A DNA stretch of 64,000 nucleotides from Azolla caroliniana (Eukaryota > Plantae > Polypodiophyta), in assembly GCA_043228905.1 (NCBI GenBank), contig JBHGNT010000010.1, forward strand, positions 1,984,001-2,048,000, given 5' to 3'. Position numbers and translations under genes: made by a program. This document shows, piece after piece, positions 10,100-22,600 of the stretch; within the stretch, counting starts at the first letter, position 1; every line of letters begins with the position of its first letter. The notes under the pieces are model-generated. The model searched no databases. It was not told where the DNA came from and saw only the letters and a program-made list of their open reading frames with translations.

Positions 10100-13000
10100 C
10101 TAACCGCACATCCACCGGTATGTGCCAAAAGGGGACAAAACGCGAGATTTTCGGCCAAGGCGGCCAACCCGAGCCCTTGGCAACCACGTGGGCTTGCCCG
10201 GCTTCGTCTTCCACTTCGAGCAAGTCCACCCCATCCACACGAACCACCGTCGCCTTCCGGCCCACCATCTCCGCCGAATGGTCTCGAGCCGTCGGCTCCA
10301 TCTGATCCGCCACACTTGACGATGTTCGCCGAGTCGTTGCCTCCACCCCATCCGCCACGTCCACCGTGATTCCTCGAACCACCGTCTACATCCGGACCGC
10401 CGTTTCCGATGCCCGCGCTTTCTTCCCCGATCGGTCCTCCCGAACGCCGTTGCCGACCCGGTTGCTCTTCTTTTGTCCGCCTCGTATAGCCTCCGGATGC
10501 TCTCCCGATCTCTCCGGCTGCACGCCGGATTCCGCCTTTCCCGTGCCGCACACCTCGGCGTGCCGACTCTCTCCGCTCCGCGATTGCCTTCCGTAGGCTT
10601 TCCCCGTATGTCGATGCTCTCCCCTGAATGCGTGCTCGTGCTTCGGTCCTTCGACGACCCCATCACGCATCTTCCGCCTTCCCTTCGCCTTCCGTGCTCT
10701 TTCGCCGTAGAGCATACCATCATTCCCGTACTCGTTGCTTGGCCCTCATGCGGCCGTATTGCACGTTTCGTATCCCGCTCCTTTTCGCGTACCCCTTTGG
10801 AAAGGTACCTTCCTTTCCCGACCTCCGTGTCGGGGCCCTTCGTGGCTCTCATCATCGCTTCGTCTCGACCCGCGCCCTCTTTCGTCCCGCGCTTGCCTCT
10901 CGAAGGCTTGACCCGACCGTCGTCGTCGGTCACTCGTTGTCGCCCGTTCGCCGTATGCATGCTCGTCTCTTGGCCCTCCACCGGCCGTATTGCATGTGTC
11001 TCGTGTCGCGCTTCCACCGTAGACCCGTCCCCCGCATCGGTCTCCAACTCCTCGCCGCCACCCGCCATCTCCTCGGTCTTCCGTTGATCCGCAACCGCCG
11101 AAGTGTTAAGCATAGGTGTGGAGGGTTCCTTCCGCTCTCGGTCTCCCACCGACTCCTTGTCCTTGCGCCCGCTTGGCCTCCTTCTCACGCTCACCGGCTC
11201 CCACCGTGTGTTGCGACTCGTACACCTCGGCCTCCAATCGTGCCGCTTCGCCTCCCGGTCGGGTCGGATTACCGACCGGCTCGCCTTTCGGTTGGGTCGG
11301 TTCCCGACTCGCTCCTCGATACCGCTCCGATCCTCTCCGTCGGACTCTCCGTATACGCCCATTCCGGGCCCCGTATCCCCTTCTCCGCATGTGCTCTCTC
11401 CGGGCCACGCCTCCTCACGGTCACCGCCCATCTCTCCGGTCTCACGTTGGCATTCGAGCACAACCGCCGAAGTCTCCGGCCCCGGTGTCAAGGGGTCTTG
11501 CCTCCGTCCGCTCCAATCTTCCTTCTCGTTTCCGTTGCCCGCCTTGCCGCCGTCACCTCCCGTCGCACTAAGCCTCATGCCGGCACTCGGGCCGGCCATT
11601 GGAGCCTCTAGGATTGGTGTGGGTAAGGACCCGGCACCGCCGCTCGTTGTCTCCGTAGCCGCTTTCGTTCGGACGTCGTTGTCCGCGGCTCCCCCATCTC
11701 CGATTCCGTAAGCCTCTAGTATGCTTGCCACCACCTCTTCTTCGCCGTTCTCCACATCATTTTGTTTGCCCGCCTCGCCGCCGCCACCGCCCGTCGTTCT
11801 AGGTCTCGTGCCGGCACTCGGGCCGACCGCCGAAGCCTCTAGGGCCGGTGTGTGGAAGGTCGCGGCACCACCGCTCGCCTCCTCTCCGCTCGATGTTTTG
11901 GGCCGCCGTGCCCCGAATCTTCCGCCCACTTTCGAAGTGGCGCTCTCCGCACCGGCCTCATCCTTGGCCGTCCATTCGCCGCAAGACGAGAGGGTTGCTC
12001 GCTCCGCACCCTCTCCCATGTCGTCGTCGTATCGGTTGCCCGCCTTGCCGCCGCCACCGTCCGTCACTCTAGGCCTCTCGCTGGCTCTCGGGCCGGGTGC
12101 CGGAGTCTCTAGGACCGGTGTGTGGAAGGTCGCGACACCACCACTCCTCTCGTCCGTAGCCACCTCCATTCGGACATCGTCGTCCGTGGCTACCCCGTCT
12201 TCGGTTTCGCAAGCATCGAGTATGCTTGCCGCCACCTCTTCTTCGCCGGTCTTCGCGTCATCTCATTTGCCCGCCTTGCCGCCGCCACCGCCCGTCGTTC
12301 TAGGTCTCGTGCCGGCACTCGGGCCGACCGCCGAAGCCTCTAGGGCCGGTGTGTGGAAGGTCGCGACACCATCGCTCGTTTCCTCTTCCTCCTCCATTTC
12401 GCAAGCCTCGAGTATGCTCGCGAAATCCTCGTAGAACGTTTCGGGCAACCGCGTCCCGAAACTTCCGCCCACTCTCGAAGTGGCGTCCATCGCTCCGTAG
12501 ATATCGGCCTCGTCCATGGCCGTTCTTTTTCCCCGAGATGAGAGGGTCGCTTGCTCCGCACCTTCTCTCGTGTCGACGCCGTGGTCGCCCGCCTTGCCAC
12601 CGCCACCGCCTTTCACCATAGGTCTTACGCAGGCACTCGGGCCAGCCGCCGTGATCTCTAGGAATGACGCGTGTAAGGTCGCGGGACCGCCGCTCGTCGA
12701 TGTAATGTCCGTAGCCACCTCCGCTCGGACGTCGCTGTCCGTGGCTACCCCGCCTCCGTATATGCAAGCATCGGTTATGCTTGCCGCCGCCTCTTCCGCG
12801 GTCTCCTTACCGTTGTCTCGGTTGCCCGCCTTGCAGCCGCCACCATTCTTCTCCCTCGGTCTCACGCGGGCGCTCGGGCCGGCCGCCGTGGTCTCTCGGA
12901 CCGGTGCGTGGAAGGTTTCGGTACCGCCGCTTGTCTCCTCCGTACTCGATGATTCGGGCCACCGTGTCCCGAATCCGCCATGTCCGCTCGAATCGGCGAT

Positions 13001-13975
13001 CGCCGCCTCACCGTCCCCGACCTCGTCCTCGGTCGTTCTTTTCCCCCATGTCGAGAGGGCGGCTCGCTCCGCACCCTCTCCCGTGGTACCGATGTTCCAT
13101 TCTCTTTCGGCCTCCGCATAGGCCCCGTCCTCCATGTGTGAGGAAGCTCCTTCCTCCGCGTCCTCCGATCCGCTCGGGCCCGACCCCGCAATAAGCCATT
13201 CTTCGGCTTCGATTTTCGCCATTACGAGCCCGCACGCCTCCCGTATTAGCGCTTGTAGGTCGGGCCCCTCCAAACCGGTTCGCGATGAGCTCTCGTCCGG
13301 CGGCATGGCGTAGTCGGTCGTCGCTCTCTCTTCTCCCCCGCTCGCGGGCCGTGTTGTGGCCGACCGCCTTGCCTCATGTTGCCGACACACCCATTCCACT
13401 TCGGGCCACTCCTCGGTGAGACCATGCGCCCCATAATCGTCTTGAAGCTCGAACATGATGTCCATCCTCTCCTCATGATGGACCGTCTCCAAAAATAGGA
13501 GGACTTTGTCCGCCCCCACCGATCTTCGTTCCCACTCCGAGAGTTGAGAGAAACGACGCTCGAACTCTCGGAATGCCTCTATTGCGCTCCGATGGCGCCT
13601 CGCCGACGCCACCCACCGATCGAACTCTCGCCGACCTCTTACCTCCGATTTCGCGCACCCGTATGCCTCCATTAGAGCCCCTTCAAAGGACTCCCACGAT
13701 TCGTGAGCTTCTTGGAGCTCCTTGACCTCCTCGTACTTTGATGCGGCCGCCGCTCGACGAAAGAACTCTAGCCTCGTCGCTTCGTCCACGCCCATCCTCG
13801 TCATTTCCGCATCGTAGGCTCTCAAAAATTTTGGGTCCTCCTTCCCATCGAACCGGCCGACTAGACGGACCACCCTTTCGACCGCTTGTTGAGCCGCCTC
13901 TCGCCTCGCCCTCTTCCATCCGGCGTCCATCAAGATCTTTGTCATCATCTCCTCGAAGTCGAAGCCTTCTTCCAT
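10100..13975 (-). CDS. Gag capsid-like region fused to a ~1100-aa repetitive low-complexity tail; one internal TGA
   Basis: The 570-aa and 711-aa ORFs share a frame and are separated only by TGA at 12263-12265, where other repeat copies have CGA/CAA. The N-terminus AVERVVRLVGRFDGKEDPKFLRAYDAEM aligns with the outer Gypsy Gag AIERLV*RIGQFNGKYVSRYLRDYKAEM. Confidence 0.8.
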
Positions 13976-13995
13976 CTCTTTCTCCCTTGCCGCCC

Positions 13996-14013
13996 TTCAC
14001 GTCGGGTTCACCA
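13996..14013 (-). promoter_or_regulatory. Primer binding site for tRNA-Trp
   Basis: Plus strand TTCACGTCGGGTTCACCA equals the 3' 18 nt of plant cytosolic tRNA-Trp as I recall it. It lies 4 nt from the 5' LTR. Confidence 0.85.
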
Positions 14014-14700
14014 AAGATGTCGCGTTGTTACGCGCGTGCGTGGAGAAGGGCGGAACCACGGGGGTCTAGGACTAAGGAGAAGGGGAGAAGGAATAGGACT
14101 TCGGAATGGAGCTTAGCACAAGAAGAGAAAGAACGAACAAGAGGAAGATGGAGGCCAAATGCTCAACAAGATATATTAGAACCGAAAACCGATTACAAAA
14201 TGGCGGCCGCGTAGGCCGCACCGAACGACTATGATAAACCCGAAACCCTAATCCGACGAAGAAGAAAAGAAACCCTAACTAAGGAACCCTAAACGAAATG
14301 GTATACCTCACTCACACTCAAAAATAAGGCAACCCCCACAATGGTGCTCTTCCTCTCCTTTTATAGCACAAGGAGGGAAGACCGTTACATAAAGGTGCTA
14401 CAAAATATCCCCTTTCAATCAATGGGGATATTTCCCTCGATTTTAGGGGAGGTGGGAAGGATGGGTCTTAACTCCCACCTCTACACGAACTACTATGTAC
14501 CTATCTCTCTCTCTCACGTGGATGTGCGCGCAAAAGCACATCACCTTTACACTTTACAAATCCTAAGGTGCATTTCTAGCACCATACTTATCACTATCGA
14601 TAAATAGAAATACAACATGTTGATGTGCAACGTTGCACATCGCGGGTTTCCTTGCTTCGCTCGGGTTTCCGCCTACGGACGAAAATCTTCACGACAACGT

Positions 14701-16291
14701 GTTGCTGACCGACGAGGGGGAGCCGGAGAGCCTTGAAGAAGCAAAGCATGACACCCAGAGCCGCAAGTGGTTGAGTGCCATGCAGGACGAGATGGATTCC
14801 CTGCATGAGAACCACACATATGAACTTGTGGAGTTGCCGAAAGGAAAGCGGGCACTTCGAAACAAGTGGGTGTTCAAACTGAAACCGGGAGATGCCGGAA
14901 ACCCCCCGAGATACAAAGCCAGGATCGTGGTGAAGGGGTTCCAGCAGAAGAAGGGCGTCGACTTCGACGAGATATTTGCCCCGGTATTGAAGATGACCTC
15001 CATCCGGACGGTGCTGAGCATAGCGGCAAGCATGGACCTCGAGGTAGAACAGATGGACGTGAAGACGGCATTCCTTCACGGTGACCTCGAAGAAGAGATC
15101 TACATGCAGCAACCGGAAGGATTCGAGAAGAAAGGAAAGGAGCACCTGGTATGCCGGTTGAAGAAGAGCCTTTACGGACTGAAGCAGGCTCCCCGGCAGT
15201 GGTACCGGAAGTTCGACTCTTTCATGACCGATGAAGGGTACCACAAAACGCAGTCCGATCACTGCGTGTTTGTGAAGAAGTTCGAAGGAGGAGACTCTCT
15301 AATACTCCTCCTGTACGTAGACGACATGTTGATCGTCGGACGGGACCAGGTCAAGATACGGATGCTGAAGAAAGCGCTTCACCGAACCTTCTCCATGAAG
15401 GACCTGGGTCCAGCGAGGCAAATACTAGGGATGCACATCATCCGGGACCGGAAGAAGAAGCAGTTGTGGCTGTCGCAAGAGAAGTACGTGACAAAGGTGC
15501 TTCACCGGTTCAACATGTCGGAAGCAAGACCGGTCGGGTCAACCCTCCCGACAAACTGCAAGTTGTCCAGCAAGCAAAGCCCCAAGACAAAGGTTGAGAA
15601 GGAGGACATGATGAAAGTACCATATGCCTCTGCCGTCGGAAGCTTGATGTACGCAATGGTGTGTACAAGACCGGACATAGGATATGCAGTCGGAGTGGTG
15701 AGCCGGTACATGAGCAATCCCGGCAAAGAGCACTGGAACGCGGCCAAGTGGATACTCCGATACCTGAAGGGCACGGCAAACGTGTGCCTCCGATTCGGCT
15801 CCGGTAAGCCCGAACTCGATGGCTTTACCGATTCGGACATGTCGGCTGATGCAGATACCAGCCGGTCCACATCAGGATATGTGATGACGTATGCAGGGGG
15901 AGCTGTTTCGTGGCAGTCGAGGCTGCAGAAAACGGTTGCGTTGTCAACAATGGAGGCGGAGTACATTGCGGCTGTTGAAGCCGGCAAGGAAATAATATGG
16001 ATGAAGGACTTCATTAGAGAGCTCGGTATCCGGCAGGAGGATTACCGACTCTACTGCGACAGTCAGAGTGCCATCCACCTTGCGAAGAACGCGGCCTATC
16101 ACTCCCAGACGAAGCACATCCAGCGAAGATATCACTGGATCCAGGAAAGGATAGAAGACAAGGAGTTCGTGCTGACGAAAATCCACACGGACGAGAACGG
16201 ATCGGATATGCTGACCAAGGTGCTCACACCCGACAAGCTGGAAGCATGCCGGAAGAGGATCGGATTGGAGAGGCATCCCATGCCGAAGTGA
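14701..16291 (+). pseudogene. Copia RT-RNase H, 3' part of the polyprotein
   Basis: YKARIVVKGF, QMDVKTAFLHG, LYVDDML, DSDMS, TKHIQRRYH. Rejoins 9409 in frame (PEH|VLLTDEGEP) when the insert and one TSD are removed. Confidence 0.95.
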
Positions 16292-16658
16292 AGGGGGAGT
16301 TTGTTGGGATTACGGTCCCTCCGGATGGGATGGTCGGATGTCCGGAGATGAATGACGGCAAGCCCGGTTGCGGTTACGGAACCGGAGGATGAAGAGTACC
16401 CCGGCTACGGAGCCGGATGATGAAGACCCCGGCTACGGAGCCGGATGATGAAGACCCCGGCTACGGAGCCGGATGATGAATGTACCCGGAGAAAGATCCG
16501 GATGCGGGGACATATTTGTGAATATGTTTGCCAAGGGCCCTTGAGGCTATATTTGTAATTAGCCCGTAAGTCATATGTGTATAAATATGACTTAGGGCAA
16601 ACAGTTTGTTGTTGTTGCTCATTTTTCTGTTTTCACTTAGAGGGAGCGAAGTGAGCAG

Positions 16659-16701
<43 letters not shown>

Positions 16702-16969
16702 GAAGAGGTCGTTGCCTCTGTGTATTACCGCCGCCTGTGGCGAAGACAGTGAGCTCAAGGTTGTTGCCTTGTAGCTTCACCATTGTACATCTCTGTTTAT
16801 AGTGATAGTTGGAGTTTGAGGACTCCCGTGGTTTTTCCCATTTAGGGTTTTCCACGTAAAATATCCTGTGTACTCTTCTCTCTAGTGTCTTCGTGCATTT
16901 TGTATTTTCTGTTTTCTGTGAGTTGATCAGATTCCTCGGTTGTGGCTGAGCACTGTGTTTAACATGTTG

Positions 16970-18248
16970 TTCATCAAAACAGTATTTGCATTCACCATCG
17001 GTGCATTTTCCTCCGTACTTTGTCTTTTTCTCTTCACGAGATCTACAAGAAGATCATGGAACTCCTTCTTCACTATTCTGAATAATTCCCGAAGCGAAAA
17101 TTCTACCCGGCTATCGAGGATTCTCTCTTCGAACACCTTTTCAAGTCCGTTTGTTGTTCGATGTCCAAGGTGAGCTTGAATGTTGGAATCGTCTTTTCTT
17201 TTCCCTTCCCTCCGGAGCTCCAACTTTCCGGTGTCTTCAATGGTCCGACCGCATCATCCATGCGTCGTCGTTTTTCATCCACATACACTTCATGCCATTG
17301 ACATAGCGCATGTACACTCTTCTTATCTACGGGGCACTCCCATCCCATAGCTTCCCGGATACATTCCGCGGCGCTTCAGATTTCATCATGGTCGGCTTTC
17401 TTCGAAATTTCTAACATTTCCGTCCAAAAAGACGCCTTTGCTGCAGATGACTCCCCCACATGTATTCTCGCAGTTGTCGCATAATTGTCTTTCGCCGCGA
17501 TCTCCTCCTCTAGGACCTTCTTCATGCCGCTTTTCTGGAAGTTCGGTCAGAGTGGCTTCCGAGAATCCATTGAATGAATCTGATTTCCCTCGTAGTAGAT
17601 AAGATCTTGTTGTAGTGCCTCCTTGTGCTCGTCACAATCTCTCCGATCATGTTCGGTGCTATCGCACCATATGCATCGATGGTCCATGTACTTGGAACTT
17701 GTGGGACGGTCTTCCATCTTCTTCACCATCGCGATTTTCAGATTCTCCATCTCCTTCAGCAATTGGTCCACCGTGGTTCCGTTGATTCCCTTCTCGGTCG
17801 TAGTCTCCCGAGCCCGCAGTTGATGGTCTTCCGATCCGGATCTTGGTTTCGGAATCGGTTCCGATACCCTCTTTTCTTCATTGGCAAGCCATTGCCCCCT
17901 CTATGTGTATCACGTGATGATATCCCGCACACTTTCCCATGTTTCGGTGAGGCCACTCTCGGTAGTCGTCTCCTCTAGAAGCACTCCAAGATCCTTACGG
18001 TTCCGAACGTCTATGGCTCGTAAGAACAAGATAACTTTGTCTTGTACGAGGATAGCTTGATCTCTCACAGACAACCTCCTGAACCGACTTTCGAATGCCG
18101 AAAACACATCGAGGACCTTCATCACCTTGTCCGGCGTTTCCACCCAATCCTCGAATCCTCTCCGCGTTGCCTTGGAGGAGTCCTCGATAGCGAACGTGAT
18201 CTTTAGTGCCTCTTCAAACGCTTCCCACGTTGGATTTTGTTGTCGTAG
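16970..18248 (-). pseudogene. Outer Gypsy gag, middle and C-terminal part
   Basis: CIWCDSTEHDRRDC zinc knuckle. DLKKVFEERILDSRVEFSLRELF resembles the region at 32570-32700. Confidence 0.85.
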
Positions 18249-18656
18249 CCCGTTGTCAAGATTCGAACTCTTGACACGACCATGTTATAATCTACTATTA
18301 TGAGTTAACCAAGATATCTAGTACTAGTTATGTATGTAATTGGTCCTTATTATTTTGCTAGCATCATGTGCATAGTTGCTCCCTTGTAGTATTTACACTT
18401 GGCACATGCATGCATACCTACACGCTCTATTGTAGATTCACATGCGTGCAACAAGTATGCATGCCATGTAGTATAAATAGAGGAGTTCACCTTGAAGGAA
18501 TTCAAGGTGAACAACACCAGTTATGGAGTCTTTCCTTTAGTACTATCTTCTTTCTTGTCCATTTGGTTATCTTCTTGGTTGTCTCTTGAGTTTATGATCC
18601 GTGACAGTTTGTTCACCTTCCCATCCTCATAGCTCTCCCTCTCATAAGCCATAGCT

Positions 18657-19673
18657 ATGTCCGACTCAACTAGTGAGTTAGGCCAAATAATGGTAGCCTT
18701 ACGACAACTACAGCTTGAAAATGAAGCTCTTTGAAATTCTTTACAAGAACTTCAAGTCGGTACCTCCCTATCCTCACAACCCCCGAACCCTAGTCTCCCA
18801 CAACAACCTAGCCTAGAGCCCGATCTTCTACCAACATCTAGCCTAGCTTCGTCACAGTTTCTTGAGCCTAAGGTTAGCCTCCCAGAAAAATTTGATGGAA
18901 CGAGGTCGCGTTTCCGAGGGTTCATCAACCAAGTTCGACTTATCATTCGGCTACAACCTCAACGTTATGGAGATGGTCTTCGACAAGTCGGCCTTGTGGG
19001 CACCCTTCTCTCCGGTCCGGCCCAAGCTTGGTTTGCACCATTGGTAGAAACCTCATCACCTTTATTGGAGGACTTTCCCGCCTTCCTCGCCGAGTTAGAG
19101 GCCACATTTGGAGAGACGGACCGACGACGTACAGCTCTTAACAAGATTTATGCACTCGAACAAGGTTCACGTGCAGCTTCGGTCTATGCTTCCGAATTTC
19201 GACAACTAGAATGCGACGTCAATTGGGATGATCAAGCTTTAGCTGATCACTTTCGGCGCGGTCTTCGAAGCAATGTCAAGAATCTTCTCTTAAACTTTCC
19301 GGAGCCCACCTCGTTATCCCAAGCGATTTCACAAGCAGTCCATTGTGACAATCGTCTTTTCGAATTTCGCCAAGAAGAGCGCCGGACTTGGGTTCCACCT
19401 CATTCACTTCCACGCCACGCCCCGGTCATACAACCCCAAGCATCCTCACACTCGCCTACTTCGGCGGATGCTCCTGTCCCCATGGAAATTGATCAAGCCC
19501 GATTTCGGCCATTGACTGATGCTAAACGACAATTTCAGTGGGCTAATGACTTGTGCATGTATTGTGGCGCCTCCGGTCATGTCGTTCGCCATTGTCCTAG
19601 GAGTACTCGCCCACAATTCCATCGAGCTAACGGACCCCAACATCCTGAAAACGACATCGTTCGGTTGCAGTAG
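18657..19673 (+). pseudogene. Chromovirus gag
   Basis: EPKVSLPEKFDG, PVPMEID, CMYCGASGHVVRHC. Premature TGA at 18732-18734. Confidence 0.9.
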
Positions 19674-19678
19674 GAGCC

Positions 19679-22600
19679 ATGCAACTGGACATCTCCTGTC
19701 GCCCACATTCTCTTGGTTCCATTGACGGACCATCAGGCAATTTCACATTGGAGGTATGGCTTTCGTTTAACTCTAGTTCCATTCAGTCTGTTGCTTTACT
19801 TGATTCTGGGGCATCTTCTTGCTTCATTGACGTCGCGTTTGCCCAAGCACATGGCGTACCTGTCGTTGGCCTCTCAAAACCCATTCCAGTTGAAGCCATC
19901 GACGGGTGCGTCCTCTCGTCAGGTGCAATTACTCAAGCTACAATCCCATTAGGGCTTCGGGTGGGCTCACACCAAGAGGAGCTCACCTTTTACCTCATCG
20001 CATCTCCTCGACATCCGATCGTCTTAGGACTAACGTGGTTGGAGGCGCACAATCCAATAGTGGATTGGTGCAACCGCTCGATCACATTTAGGAAGCGAAG
20101 ATGCTCGTGCAAAAGTATGAAGGTAAATTCAGTTTCCTATCCTTCGGAGACGGTCGACTCCGAATTGACTACCCCATCATCCGTCCAGGATGGGTTTGTT
20201 TGTGGCGCCATTTCTAACACACTCCATGTTATTCCCGAAAAATACCAACACTTCTCCGACGTATTTGAAAAATGTAATGCCGATCGGTTGCCTGAACACC
20301 GGCTCTACGACTATCCGATTGATCTTCAAGAAGGTGCGTGTCCACCCTTTGGTCCTCTATATGTGTTGTCTGCACCAGAGTTGAAGGCCCTTCGTGTGTA
20401 TATCGATGAGAACCTCGAGAAAGGCTTTATTCAACCTTCTAAGTCACCAGCCGGGGCCCCCATTTTATTTGTGAAGAAGAAGGACGGCTCTCTATGCTTA
20501 TGCGTTGAGTACCGAGGTCTCAACAAACTCACTGTGCGCAACCGTTATCCGCTACCTCTGATCCCCGAACTCCTTGATCGGCTCCGAGTTGCGCGTGTCT
20601 TCTCCAAAGTTGATCTGCGTGGAGCGTACAATCTAGTACGCATCAAGCCGGGGGATGAATGGAAAACCGCATTTCGAACACGGTATGGGCATTTCGAATA
20701 CAAGGCAATGCCTTTTGGTCTTACTAACGCTCCCGCAGTTTTTCAACATATGATGAACGATATTTTCCGGGAATATCTTGATCTTTTTGTTGTCATTTAC
20801 CTCGATGATATTCTCATTTTCTCGCCAAACATGGAGGAGCACACTCGCCAAGTCCGATTAGTTCTTGCCAAACTTCGCGAGCATGGCCTTTATGCCAAAG
20901 GCGAGAAATGCGAGTTCGACCGTACCTCGATCGAATTTCTGGGCTACATCATCTGGCCCACTGGCATCACCATGGATATGAAGAAGGTCTCTGTCATTCA
21001 GGCGTGGGCGACTCCAAGGCGACTTAAAGATGTGCAATCCTTCCTCGGCTTCGCGAATTTTTACCGTCGCTTCATCAAGAGGTTTTCTACCTTAGCACAA
21101 CCTCTTATCGCTCTCACCCATAAAGGCACTCCATTTTTATGGACCTCGGAGGCACAAAATGCATTCGACTCACTCAAACACGCATTCATCACTGCCCCGG
21201 TGCTGCTACATGCCGACCCCACAAAACCCTTCCAAGTTGAAACCGATGCCTCTGACTTTGCCATTGGAGCCATCTTATCCCAAGCAGACGACAACAACCT
21301 AATGCACCCAGTGGCTTACTATTCCCGAAAATTTACGGCATCCGAAATCAATTATCCCATTTACGACAAGGAGCTTGCTGCTATCATTGCTGCCTTCGAA
21401 GAATGGTGACCCTACTTGGCCGGCGCACAACATCGTGTCCAGGTAGTGACTGATCATAAAAATTTAGTTTATTTTTCCACCACTCGTACTTTGAATCGAA
21501 GGCAGGCCCGTTGGTCGACATTTCTCGCCGACTACGATTTTGAGATCGTATTTCGACCTGGTGGCCAACATGGGAAGGCTGATGCCCTTTCTCGCCGAGC
21601 TGACCTTGCACTCCGCCCTGGGGATGCTGCTTATGCTCAACAATCTAGACGTTTGTTGAAACCCGACCAATTGCATCTGTTTGCCACTTGTATGTTGCAG
21701 GATGATTCTTTACTCCAACAAATCACTGATGCATCCAAGACCGATGCGTTCGCCAACAAGATTCGAGATAGTCTACAAAACCCCTCCAAGGCAACCAAAA
21801 GGAAGGATCTTGACTCCTTCACCATACAAGAGGGTTTGTTGTTCCGAGATCATCTCTTATACGCCCCAGAGGGCCCATGTCGCACCCGGGTGTTGCGGGA
21901 ATGCCACGATGACCCACTTGCAGGTCATTTTGGGGTCGCGAAAACCCTCGAGCTAATCTCTCGGGGGTATTGGTGGCCACAACCATGGAAGTTGGTCAAA
22001 GAATACATAAAGAGTTGTGAGGTTTGTGCTCGCTCCAAAGCCATTCATCATCGGCCATACGGCTTACTACAGCCGCTTCCATGTCCTCGTCATCCTTGGG
22101 CCTCTATCTCTATGGACCTGATAACTGATCTACCCTTGGTCAATAGCTATGACTCGGTGTTGGTCGTTGTCGATCGGTTTACGAAGATGGCTCACTTCAC
22201 TCCATGCTCCAAAACCATTTCCGGAGAAGGAATGGTGCATCTCCTACTCAACAATGTAGCACGCTTGCATGGACTCCCCGATGATGTCATCTCGGATCGC
22301 GGACCCCAGTTTGTCTCTCACTTCTGGCAGTGCCTGCTACAAACTTTAGGCATCTCTGTCAAGTTGTCCTCCGCTTATCACCCCCAAACTGACGGGCAAA
22401 CGGAGCGTGTCAACCAAATCCTTGAGCAGTATCTTCGGTGCTCGGTTAGTTACCAACAAGAGGATTGGGTCAACTTACTTTCGCTCACGGAATTCGCCTA
22501 CAATAATTCTCTCCATGCATCGACTGGCGTCACTCCCTTCTTTGCCAACTACGGTTTACATCCTCGCTTCAACATTTCCCTTCCTACCACTTCCGTGAAC

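Larger units (their letters stand above)
9410..14696 (-). mobile_element. Non-autonomous gag-only LTR retroelement (TR-GAG-like, Gypsy-derived)
   Basis: 679-bp LTRs at 9410-10088 and 14018-14696 with 3 visible differences. TSD ACGT at 9406-9409 and 14697-14700. PBS 13996-14013; PPT just right of 10088. No PR/RT/RH/INT motifs. Confidence 0.93.
6223..16964 (+). mobile_element. Ty1/Copia LTR retrotransposon, young, interrupted by the gag-only element
   Basis: LTRs 6223-6895 and 16302-16964 differ by one visible substitution plus (GA)n length. TSD TGTTG. PBS TGGTATCAGAGC (tRNA-iMet) just after the 5' LTR; PPT AAGGGGGAG before 16302. Confidence 0.97.

Noticed and set aside
10473-13194. Long plus-strand ORFs inside the gag-only element
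   Set aside because: Antisense shadows of a GC-rich repetitive ORF; the PBS, PPT and Gag homology all define the minus strand.
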